Positions 10,355-20,097 of a stretch of DNA of 20,776 nt are shown here, one piece after another. Every line of letters begins with the position of its first letter. Position 1 is the stretch's first letter. Below the pieces are notes generated by a model. The model made no database searches. It was given only the letters and a program-made list of their open reading frames with translations, and was not told the DNA's origin. Source of the DNA: Octopus sinensis (taxonomy: Eukaryota); the NCBI RefSeq assembly GCF_006345805.1, contig NW_021824332.1:1-20776 (forward strand), written 5' to 3'. Made by a program: the position numbers and the translations under genes.

Positions 10355-10440
10355 ATATATATAATATATATATAAAATATATGTATATATGTATATGCAT
10401 ATATTATATGTATATTCGTATACGTATATGGACATACATT
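9825..10440. repeat. (TA)n/(TATG)n/(CATA)n compound microsatellite
   Basis: Directly visible. Confidence 0.95.
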
Positions 10441-10759
10441 ATACATGCGTTGACAAATCTTAATTGATACATCTCTCATACATCCTGTTGGGGCTCCATG
10501 CTGTCCCTTGGACTCCCTTGGCACTGACTAACCATGAGAATCACTGGAGCAAATTATTTCTTCCATATGTCGCAGCGAGTTAAAGAACTCTGACACCGTA
10601 TTAGTCCTTAATTCCTGTCCGTTTACCATGTATCGTTTGTGAAATTGAGACGAAGACTAACAGAAATTGAACAAATAAATAAAAAATGAAATAAAGATTA
10701 ATAAAAACAAAAAGGAAAGGAGCGTATTAGATATTTAACAAAAAAACTACTACGCCCAT

Positions 10760-11163
10760 ACTATTACAACAACAACAACAATAACAAATAATACTAATAA
10801 TGTAAAATAATGATAATAATAATAGTAATAATATTAAGGGGAAATAATAATAATAATAATAATATAATAATATAATAATAATTATGATAATAATAATAAT
10901 AATAATAATAATAATATAATAATAATAATTATGATAATAATAATAATAATAATAGTAAAAATAATATCATCATCATCATCCTTGTCACCATTGTCATCAT
11001 CATCGTTTTCTTCAACATCATCATCATCATCATCATCATTGTGGTAGCAGTAATTAAAGTAATCATAGTAATTATATATAGATATAAGTAGCAATAGTAG
11101 TAATAATAATTAATGCAATTAAAAAGTAGCGATGATAACATCGTCATAAACAACGAGAGTAAC

Positions 11164-11216
<53 letters not shown>

Positions 11217-11217
11217 C

Positions 11218-11257
<40 letters not shown>

Positions 11258-11258
11258 C

Positions 11259-11332
<74 letters not shown>

Positions 11333-11476
11333 GTGATGGTGACGACGACGATGATGTTGATGGTGGTGGTGATGATGACGATGACGATGATGTTGATGGT
11401 GGTGGTGGTGGTGGCTGTGCTGGCGGTGTCGGTGGCGGCGGTGGTGACAACGGTAATAACAACAACAACAACAACA
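10760..11476. repeat. Compound trinucleotide array: (AAT)n, (CAT)n, (GAT)n (~11164-11330), then GGT/AAC variants
   Basis: Directly visible; it is the source of the poly-D/M/H/S ORFs. Confidence 0.96.
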
Positions 11477-11605
11477 AGCGATATGTTTAAACCCCGACGG
11501 AAATAACTTGTCCAAAATCAATTCTAAGAATGTCTACCTACCAAGACGTAACCGCGCTCTTTTCAAGAAAAATATTTTCTCTCTCCCACCCCCCACTCCT
11601 TCTCT

Positions 11606-11654
<49 letters not shown>

Positions 11655-12125
11655 CTTCTTTTCTTCCTTTTCTTCAATTCCTATTGCTGTGTGTTTTTAT
11701 CTTCATCTCTTCTCGCGAACAATGACATTGGTAACACTAATACCATGAAATAAAGAATTCCCTATACAACAGACTTGGAGTATTGCTCCGTTACAGTTTG
11801 GTCTTTATTCTCAACCAAGATAATTACTAACTCCTACATACACACGCACATACATTTTTTTTTACAATACCTATCCATAGTTTTCTGGTTTTATTTTTAT
11901 TTTGCATATTAGTACTATTTTACGTGTTTGGTTTTTTTTTTTATAAATCTGATAATATATTTTCATCTGCTTATAGCTATTTATATCTAAATAAGCCTCC
12001 CGCTTCCCACCTTTCTCTCTCTCTCTCTCTCTCTCTCTTTCTCAACATATTTGTATGTGTGTCAGTGTTTATGTATATATATATATATATGCAAATGTAA
12101 TTTGTGACAATTATTCGGTAGCCAA

Positions 12126-12186
12126 GATAAAACTCTGAGTTTCGGATGCCGAGGTGGAAATCCACACCACCATCTCTTCAGTTATC
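12126..12186 (-). ncRNA. Type-I hammerhead ribozyme motif with intact catalytic core, in an insert (~12091-12232) between (TA)n arrays
   Basis: Minus strand reads GAUAA-CUGAAGA-GAUG[..GUGG(AUUU)CCAC..]CAUC-C-GAAA-CUCAGAGUU-UUAUC. Helix I is GAUAA/UUAUC, extendable with a bulge, and helix III is ACUC-A-GAGU. The predicted cut is after GUU (12131). Confidence 0.78.
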
Positions 12187-12257
12187 CGGCCTCGGAAAAA
12201 CGCTATGAAAAACGTTTTTATATTGCATTTATATTTATATAAATATATATTATATAT

Positions 12258-12310
<53 letters not shown>

Positions 12311-12587
12311 GTATATATATACTTTGTATGTATGACTGTGTGTTACTCTGTGTGTTTAAAATCTAAACATATCATGCTATTTTCATGATAATGCATATAT
12401 TATATATATAGCAAAGTGCATTCATTTATATAAACTTCACTCAGTTTTTCACGTGATCTGCCCTTTCAGGCTCTGCGCAAATGACAGCCTGAAGGTAAAG
12501 TTCTCATGAATCTCCGAGTAGCTTCTAGGTGGATCATTGGCATCACACACACAAACACACACACTCTCTCTCACACACACACACACA

Positions 12588-12944
12588 CCAACAGCCACAT
12601 GGTTTCCGGGTTCAGTCCCACTGCGTGGCACCTTGGGAAGTGTGTTTCTACTAAGCTCGGCCGACCAAAATCTTGTGAGTGGATTTGTAGAGCGGAAACT
12701 GAAAGAAGCCCGTTGTATATATGTATATAAATATATATTCGTGTGTTGTTTGTGTGTCTGTGTTTGTCCCCTCCAACATCGCTGACCACCGATGCTGGTG
12801 TGTTTATTCCCCGTTACTTAGCGGTTCGGCAAAAGAGATCGATAGAATAAGTACTGGGCTTACAAGAATAAGTCCCGGGTCGAGTTACTCGATTAAAGGC
12901 GGTGCTCCGCATGGCCGCAGTCATATGACTGAAACAGTAAAAAG

Positions 12945-12945
<1 letters not shown>
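12588..12945 (+). mobile_element. SINE family B, 5'-truncated copy
   Basis: Collinear with 8125-8820 (gggttcagtcccactgcgtggcac..ctgaaagaagcccgt..caacatcgct..gcatggccgcagtc..gactgaaac), with only a short central microsatellite. Confidence 0.88.
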
Positions 12946-12975
<30 letters not shown>

Positions 12976-13038
12976 ATAATATACGAAGAGAAAGGGAAGA
13001 CGGGGAGATAACGAGGGGGAGAGAGGTAAGAAAGAGGG

Positions 13039-13143
13039 GAGATAAAAGAGAAGGGGAGAGAGAAGTTGAAAAGGGAGAGATAAAAGAGAAGGGGAGAGAG
13101 AAGTTGAAAAGGGAGAGATAAAAGAGAAGGGGAGAGAGAAGTT
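13039..13143 (+). repeat. 38-bp polypurine minisatellite, ~2.8 copies
   Basis: The unit gagataaaagagaaggggagagagaagttgaaaaggga is repeated perfectly at 13039 and 13077, and partially at 13115. Confidence 0.93.
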
Positions 13144-13280
13144 CTACACAGGCATAACGCCATTGATCATCGTTTGTAATTGATTGATTAATGAGTTGAT
13201 TGGAATATTTGCTTCTAGAATTAATTGATTTCCTTTAAAGGTGTTTAATAAAATAATATTCTAAATTTGAATCTTTTATG

Positions 13281-13525
13281 TTTTACTTGTTTCGGTTATA
13301 AGACTTGCGACCATGCTGGGGCGCCGCATTGAGGAATATTTAGTCGAATGTATCGACTCCAGTACTTGTGTTTCCGTTCCTTTACCGTTGCAGTTCAGCA
13401 AAATAGACCGACAGAATAAGGACCAGGCTTTAAAAATTAAGTACCGAGGTTGATTCGTTCAAGTAAAATTTCTTTAAGGTAGTGCCCCAGCATGACCTAA
13501 GTCTAATGACTGAAAGAAGTAAGAG

Positions 13526-13526
<1 letters not shown>
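13281..13526. mobile_element. Two diverged SINE 3' halves in opposite orientation (13281-13367 minus; ~13372-13526 plus)
   Basis: Both contain the family-B-type tail (aagtac..gccccagcatg..agtc..gactgaaa..agtaa), one as the reverse complement. Confidence 0.75.
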
Positions 13527-13561
<35 letters not shown>

Positions 13562-14439
13562 GAGGTACCCATATAGATATGAGCAGAATTAGGTAAGTTC
13601 AAATATGTTTGTCACATGTTTCAACTACTAAAAGGCAAATACACTACAGTTGCCATGGAAAATAAATCTCTCGTATGGTAAAAAGGTATGAGAATACCCG
13701 GTTCATTCAGTGTCGCCATCTATTAGAGAAATCTCAGTGGTCGATCTTTCAAGCTACTTGGCTCTCCTCAATGAGATATACCTAAGAGAGGCAACTCTGA
13801 ACGAACTTATTAAGGCGAAGCTTTCTATATAATTCTGTGACAAACATATTTCAACTTAACTTATTCTGCTCATACTTACTGCTTAGAGCTGACATTTCGT
13901 TATATATATATATCACATTCACTCATTGCAGACGGCCTTCATTATTTTTAACCCCTGTAAAAGAACTCGGAAGCACATGCCGCTCGCAAGACCTTTCGCG
14001 ATACCCTAAATCCAGGAACTTTTCAGCATATATATATATATGCATGTATGTATAATGCATGAATATAAATGTATATACACGCAAACACATACACACTTAG
14101 GTGCGTATGAGTTTGTGTTAATACAAATTCTGTTTGCTATTGGCTTTGTGCTTACATATATATTTGTGTAGCATTTTATTCTCTTCTTTCAGTGTATATC
14201 TCAATGGTTATATATACGCTGGATCTGTTTCATTGTTCCTTGAAGTCTATTGCTTTGAATGACCATTTTTTTTAGGGTTTTGTTTTTGTTTTGTTTTGTA
14301 TTTATTTCTCTCTTTGTCACTTTTCATTGACCAATTCATCGCTTATTTATTCTCTTTTGGTTGATTTCCTTTTAATATCAACTTACTCTCTATATACCTA
14401 CCGTTTGTAATCGTTCATTAATTCGAGTCTTTCTCTTTA

Positions 14440-16200
14440 TTGCCAAGTTGTCAATTTCAGTTATACAATTCTACTCTTGTTTTTTCTCCGGTCTGTGTCG
14501 ATTCCATTCATTATCAAATCCGGTTGCAACAAAAATTTATCTAATTATTGTATCGGGTTTCACTAAATTTACTTCTCTTGATTTCACTGTTGACACATTA
14601 GCTAGTCTGTCCAATACAGCTAATATTCGTTGATTCTGGGAACGTGTTCTTTCATTTCTATTTAAAGATAACTAAAAAAAATTGCTGTTCTGCATTTCAT
14701 GTGTCTAAATTGCTACGCCTCTCATTGGTTAATTCGTTGACCACTGTTGTTTGCTGTTGTTTTATTGAGTTTTGCGTTACTGAACCACTTCTGCCATCTC
14801 TACTGCAACTATGATATTGGATATTTATTTTGTTAGCAATCTTGGTTAGTTTTTAAAATCAATTTATTCTGGTGGTTGCAAAGTGACACGGTCTCCTTTT
14901 TTGTGTTTTGTCATCTCTTCGCAGCGTATTGGCTATGTGACACCTTTCTATATCTTTACACACTTCTTTGCATTTTTATTGGACTTTGTAACGCCTTTTG
15001 AACAGCCAGGGTGGGTTAGGTAGTAGAAGTTGCACATGTCAGTGCTCCATAGAATGGTCTGTTTCTCTACATTCGTAGGTAGTTGTGCTGCTCTTGTATT
15101 CTCATCTGACCATATCAACTGTTGATCATCTTGTTCTTGCTGTCGGATAATTGAGTATCTTCTATTGAATCCATGGTTTTCCTCGGTCAGCTGGTGGGGT
15201 GGGTCTTTAACGGGAAGGAGGATTCTCGTATCAATTGCAGGAAGTTAGATTAGTTGTAGAGGCATAAGCCCTCAAAGCGCGTTGCTGCATTCACCATGTG
15301 TCGGTATATTCCCGGGTCTTCCAGGAGGACTGTCAAGCAGATTCCCAGTTACTCTGCATCTCTGATAAATACCTCTTCATCTGCCATCACCATATGAGGT
15401 CGACTCAGACGAGCTGCCAATCTAGCCGGATCCTCAGTACTAGACAAGATTGATACAGTGGAGGAGGGTTATTATCAAATTTTTCCGTCCAGAACTTGGG
15501 TCTAGCTTCTTTTTGAGATGTTAAGGTGTTGAACATGAATGAGAAAGGTTCTTATTGACTTTAATCATTGGTCCGGGGATGGGGAAGACGTCCATGGAGA
15601 ATGGGAGTTTAATTACTAGTAGCACTTGTTATCTCTGCTCGACTATCCATTTCCTGTCTCAGACCAGCAGAAGCAATACCAGCAAGTCGATGCAGTTTCC
15701 GCAGGATTTTGTTTCGGAACCTAATTTTAATATTGCTGTTTTTGACTAGTTCTTTAAAAGAAAGATTGTAGCTCAAGGCTACTCCAAGTTAGACAGGAAG
15801 GGTACAGTAGAACAGTAGTGTTCAAGACAATTCGATGTAAGCGATCGGTTAGCCTCATGGTCTCCGAGATGGAATGATCAGACTTGAGACGTCGCAGGGT
15901 ATGTCTGTAGGTGGACAGAATAAATGGGATAAGATTTGCTTCTAATGCTTCAAACGTTCTGTCTTGAAACATGTCATTCAGCTGTCATCATCAGTGACTT
16001 TATATGTTGTTAAAAACATCAAAGAAGCACCCAGTGGAAGTCTGTGACAGTTCTTTTGTCCAGTGCAACATCCATTTTTCAGGATCTTGCAGTTGCTACA
16101 CGTGGCAGTCAGATCAAGTTGTGTAAGTTATGTGGAACACCTGCTGGTGTTTGTTAAACGGATCATGTTAACAGCTAACTCCACCGTGAACACCAATTGA
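14440..16200 (-). pseudogene. Heavily degraded ORF-like segment, probably the 5' ORF of an old retroelement (Penelope-like N-terminal or gag-like)
   Basis: Non-repetitive, protein-like stretches are broken by stops and frameshifts (EKWMLHWTKELSQTS, MFQDRTFEALEANL, FKELVKNSNIKIRFRNKILRKLHRL, RLSRPHMVMADEEVFIRDAE). I see no RT, GIY-YIG or transposase catalytic motif, so the assignment is tentative. Confidence 0.35.
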
Positions 16201-16400
16201 AAGAAAGAAGCAGAGAAAGAAAAGAAGGAAGGAAAGAGTCGCTAAAATGAACGCCAAAACGAGTGCAAACAACAACAAAAAAAAAGATATTAAAAACAAA
16301 GAAAAGTGACAAGAAACCAAGAAAATTAAGAAATAAAACAGACTAGAAAAAAGGAAGAAAGGAAGAGGGAAAGAAAGAGAGACACGTATATAAGCAGACA

Positions 16401-16535
<135 letters not shown>

Positions 16536-16566
16536 AGATAGCTAGAGAGATCGAGGAGGAGAGAAG

Positions 16567-16830
16567 GCATACATGCATACATATATACATACATACATAC
16601 ATACATACATACATACATACATACATACATACTAGGTAAGTCCGTACATACATACATAAATGCATAAATACATACCTACATACGTACATATATACATACA
16701 CACACGTACATACATACATACATACATACATACATACATACATACATACTAGGTACGTACGTACATACACACATAAATGCATGCATACATATATACGTAC
16801 GTACGTACATACATACCTACAGACAGACAG
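16567..16830. repeat. (CATA)n array with a ~117-bp internal duplication
   Basis: The variant block ctaggta..cgtacata..cataaatgcat occurs at 16632 and 16749. Confidence 0.92.
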
Positions 16831-17449
16831 ATAGATTGAGTAAATGTGTAATAAAACTGAAAAATACGCTAATTATTAATGGATTGATATGTATAATATT
16901 TTGAAGAAAGGAAAGGGGCATTTGATGGCGCCTGTAAGACCTCTTGCTGGTTTTTACTCTAGATACAAACTCAAGGAACATATAGCCTAAGTAATAAACT
17001 GATACTATAAGCACGATCAAGAACTAAGATGGACGCCTATTAAGTACGACTTCTTCATATTATATCATACACCTCTCTCATTAAAAACATGGAGAGCAAC
17101 AATCAAAAGATTATTTTAAAAGTGAATTGGTGCAACTGCTGCAATTATATTCTTGTTAAAGAATCTTTTGGCTCCACTTTTCAAAGTAAATAATTCAGCA
17201 GTTAATTGTATAAAGAACTTACACTGGTTCCTTATTTTGAACGGAAAAAAGAAAATCTTCAAGTTTTCAATATTATTTTACCTTTAGTAGCTTTTTACGA
17301 TAGATTCTATGACATCCTAGAATTGCCTCAGTCAAAGGTAGCGAAAGCCGACGAAGCGTCTATGTCTGCTAACGGCTTTTATTGGCACCTAAAGCAATTA
17401 AGAAATGCATGGTACGTATTACCAAGAAGATAATGTCGCAGCGCATTAT

Positions 17450-17510
17450 GTCCTGGAGCAAGGCACTTCACTTCACATTTGTCCAGTCTCGACATCTGTA
17501 ACTGAACACC
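17450..17510 (+). mobile_element. Short, old SINE-body remnant
   Basis: tgtcctggagcaaggcacttcacttcacatttgtccagtc resembles the tgtccttgagcaaggcact motif common in tRNA-SINE bodies. Recognised from memory only. Confidence 0.45.
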
Positions 17511-18175
17511 AGCCTTTTGCTGCTGGTGCAGCTTTCATTCCTTCATCTCTGCTGTCACCATTCTTGTGTCATTTAAGTCAAAGTAAGAGAGTCGAGACGA
17601 TGCCCACATCTGATAGCAACTAAACGGGCATCGACAATGTTTAACGAAGGCGTAGGACATATTAGAAAGCCATACTGGTTCGCTAGTGATAGTAAATACT
17701 TTAACCCCATGACAACGGGTTTTTATCTGCCAATTAGATTGCACTAACAGTAATAATCTCGGCCGAGATCAGTAATTAGCGCACGACAACGGTTCGGCTA
17801 ATATATACGTCAACCACTTTAAAGCATGCAATGTTTATTTATGTAATCTGCCATCACTGCGAGGACCGTAAATTCAACGAAACTGGCGTAGCTGAATACA
17901 ACTGTAAATTCCTTGAAGGACCAGAAGATTTTGCTCAAGTGTACGAACTTGATAGGAAGTCATAGTAGAAAGGGTGGCGTAACCGTCCACACTGTTGCTT
18001 TTATAATATTACGGCGATGAAATCTTGAACTGAGTTGGAAATATTTACACGAAATATTTACAACTGAGTTGGAAATATTTACCTATCAGATTCCTTGAAA
18101 TTTGCACGGTGGCCTCTATTTATCTATTCCGTGAGTGATAGCGGATATTTATATCAACCGGTACACAAAAAGGTA

Positions 18176-18407
18176 AAGGGGGCGAGCTGGCAGAAACGCT
18201 AGCACGCCGGGTGAAATGCTTAGCCGTATACGCCTGAAATTACGTTCTGAATTCAAATTCCGCCGAGGTCGACTTTGCCTTTCATCCTTTCGGGGTCGAT
18301 AAATTAAGTACCAGTTACGCACTGGGATCAATGTAATCGATTTAATCCGTTTGTCTGTCCTTGTTTGTCCCCTCTGTGTTTAACCCCTTGTGGGTAGTAA
18401 AGAAATA
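18176..18407 (+). mobile_element. SINE family A, full length, with 16-bp TSD
   Basis: Homologous to 6146-6376. It is flanked by ggtacacaaaaaggta (18160-18175) and ggtacccaaacaggta (18408-18423), a 14/16 match. Confidence 0.92.
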
Positions 18408-18720
18408 GGTACCCAAACAGGTACAAAACCGCTGCAGATAGGGCTGCGTATATTTTCGTTTCTGATTCAAAGCGAGTACATAGCTCACGTAAATTTACGT
18501 CAACCGATGTTATGGAGTTAAGTGACATTCTTCATTTTCACATTGCCCCATGAAAAGAGGTACTGGTCGTTCACTGGTACAGCTTTCACTCGGTCCATTT
18601 GTTAATTCGTGTAAATACTTCTAGATTTAGGGTAGGGAATCGAAACGATATATCCGCGTCTGTTATCAACCAAACGTGCATTGATAGTATTTAATGAAAG
18701 CATAGGATATATAATTGTAG

Positions 18721-19028
18721 AGGCACATGGCCTAGTGGTTAGAGCAGCGGACTCGCGATCCCTCGATCGCGAGTTCGAATCTCAGACCGGACGATGCATG
18801 TGTTTATGAGCGAAAATACCTAAGCTCCACGCGGCTCCGGCAGAAGGTAATGGCGAACTTCTGCTGACTCTTTCGCCACAAATTTCTTTCACTCTTTCCT
18901 CCTGCATCTTGCAGCTCACCAGCGACGGACCGGCGTCCCGTCCAGGTGGGGAACCTATACGCCAAGGAAACCAGGAAACCGGCCCTTATGAGCCAGGCAT
19001 GACTCGAGAAGGAACAAAACAAAAAAAT
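18721..19028 (+). mobile_element. tRNA-derived SINE family C, full length, with 13-bp TSD and RTE-like 3' tail
   Basis: A box tggcctagtgg (18728-18738) and B box gttcgaatc (18773-18781) are present. The TSD ataggatatataa lies at 18702-18714 and 19029-19041, and the tail is ctcgagaaggaacaaaacaaaa. Confidence 0.9.
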
Positions 19029-19098
19029 ATAGGATATATAAGTGAACTATACTTGTGCGGTGGTGACAGTGGGTACTTTATGTGGCGTTATGCTTTAA

Positions 19099-19150
19099 TT
19101 TTATCATCATCATCATCCTCATTGTTCGACCGTGGTCGAGACAATGGAAT
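19099..19150 (-). mobile_element. Very short LINE (RTE-like) 3' end: hairpin plus (TGA)n tail
   Basis: Minus strand reads cattgtctcgaccacggtcgaacaatgaggatgatgatgatga, a stem-loop followed by a trinucleotide tail. Confidence 0.5.
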
Positions 19151-19475
19151 TTACTATGTCAACTGGAATGTAAAGAGCCAGAAAAAATACTGCTAATCGT
19201 TTGGTCCGACATACTAATGAGTCTACGAATTCACCATATTTAAACAGGTAGCAGGCAATTTCTACCGAATTAAATTTATTTTTTATTTCTGAACTTGAAT
19301 AATTATAGTTTTTAAAAAATTTTTTGTACCATAATTTCTAAACAAGAGCTTCATTGTTACAAGACTGCAAGCAGCCAGCCACTGTATTTGTGATGGAGGG
19401 CGCGAGAAGATATAAAAAGTAACTGGTGGACTTTGTTCGAAGATCGCCAGTTCTTTGCTGATGTTTATATTTTCA

Positions 19476-19765
19476 GTTGTCCTTCGTCGACATAAGGTGT
19501 AGACATAGATATTTACTCCTATATATAATTATGCAAATATAAGTTGGTGTGGCGGTGATGGCATCCTGGGGCACTGATTGTGTTTGGGTTTCTTTTCTGT
19601 ACAGTTTCTGGTAAAATAGCGCGTTGGACTATGTCCAACTCGCTTCTTTCCAGAGCTTCCCTCTGCGATGTGGGTTCATCTGGTGTTGGGTATTCCTTGG
19701 ACACAGGTACGTTTAATCTGCCTCTGACAGAATCAGTTTGACACGACGCATGACAAAGTTGTATT
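19476..19765 (-). mobile_element. RTE-clade LINE, degraded extreme 3' fragment
   Basis: Minus strand gives DSVRGRL.., RRGKLWKEASWT*SNALFYQKLYRKE..TPTYICII-YRSKYLCLHL (an eroded zinc-finger-like end) and the tail gtcgacgaaggacaac, similar to the tail at 900-927. Confidence 0.65.
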
Positions 19766-19767
19766 CG

Positions 19768-20097
19768 TTTAGTTAGTTAGTTAATTTTTTGGCTCAAAAA
19801 GCAAAAAGCAAGGCCATGTAAGGCGACATGGAATTAAGTACTGGGTGGTGTTCGTGTAAAGAGTTCAGGTCATTTGTGGTCAAGGGAGACTTTGAACCGA
19901 GCGGTCGTCGGCATCTTCACTATCTCGTCTGGCAGCTTATTCCACGAATCGCAACCCGAACGAAGAAAGCCCCTCTCCTTCGATTGAGATGAAATCGTCG
20001 CAGATAGAGCTTTTCTGGGCGACCCCACAGCCGACGCTCGGGAGCAGGAGTGAAGAACAGCTCTTTCGAGAGGTTACACTTTCCGCTTATGATAAAA
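19768..20097 (-). mobile_element. CR1-clade LINE 3' fragment with (CTAA)n tail
   Basis: Minus strand gives IISGKCNLSKELFFTPAPERRLWGRPEKLYLRRFHLNRRRGAFFVRVA/DSWNKLPDEIVKMPTTARFKVSLDHK*, the typical CR1 ORF2 end (RV..WN.LP..V..FK..LD). It is followed by a short 3' UTR and taactaactaac. Confidence 0.92.

Noticed and set aside
10929-11521. Poly-Asp, poly-Ser, poly-His and poly-Met ORFs
   Set aside because: They are the reading frames of (GAT)n, with no splice context or unique flanking domain.
17222-17229. 8-nt micro-exon candidate on the minus strand (taag|GAACCAGT|gtaagt)
   Set aside because: The acceptor is weak (AAG after an A run), and such matches are expected by chance in AT-rich DNA.
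18028-18082. 21-bp direct repeats with a short spacer (CRISPR-like look)
   Set aside because: There are only two copies and the spacer is itself a partial copy, so this is a local tandem duplication in eukaryotic DNA.
18487-18500. 14-bp palindrome acgtaaatttacgt
   Set aside because: About one such palindrome is expected by chance per window of this size, and there is no supporting context.
18722-18795. Possible tRNA gene
   Set aside because: A and B boxes are present, but there is no acceptor-stem pairing, and the sequence continues into a SINE body with a tail and TSD.
19519-19704. 61-aa ORF MSKEYPTPDEP... as a host exon
   Set aside because: It is an alternative frame of the degraded RTE 3' fragment.
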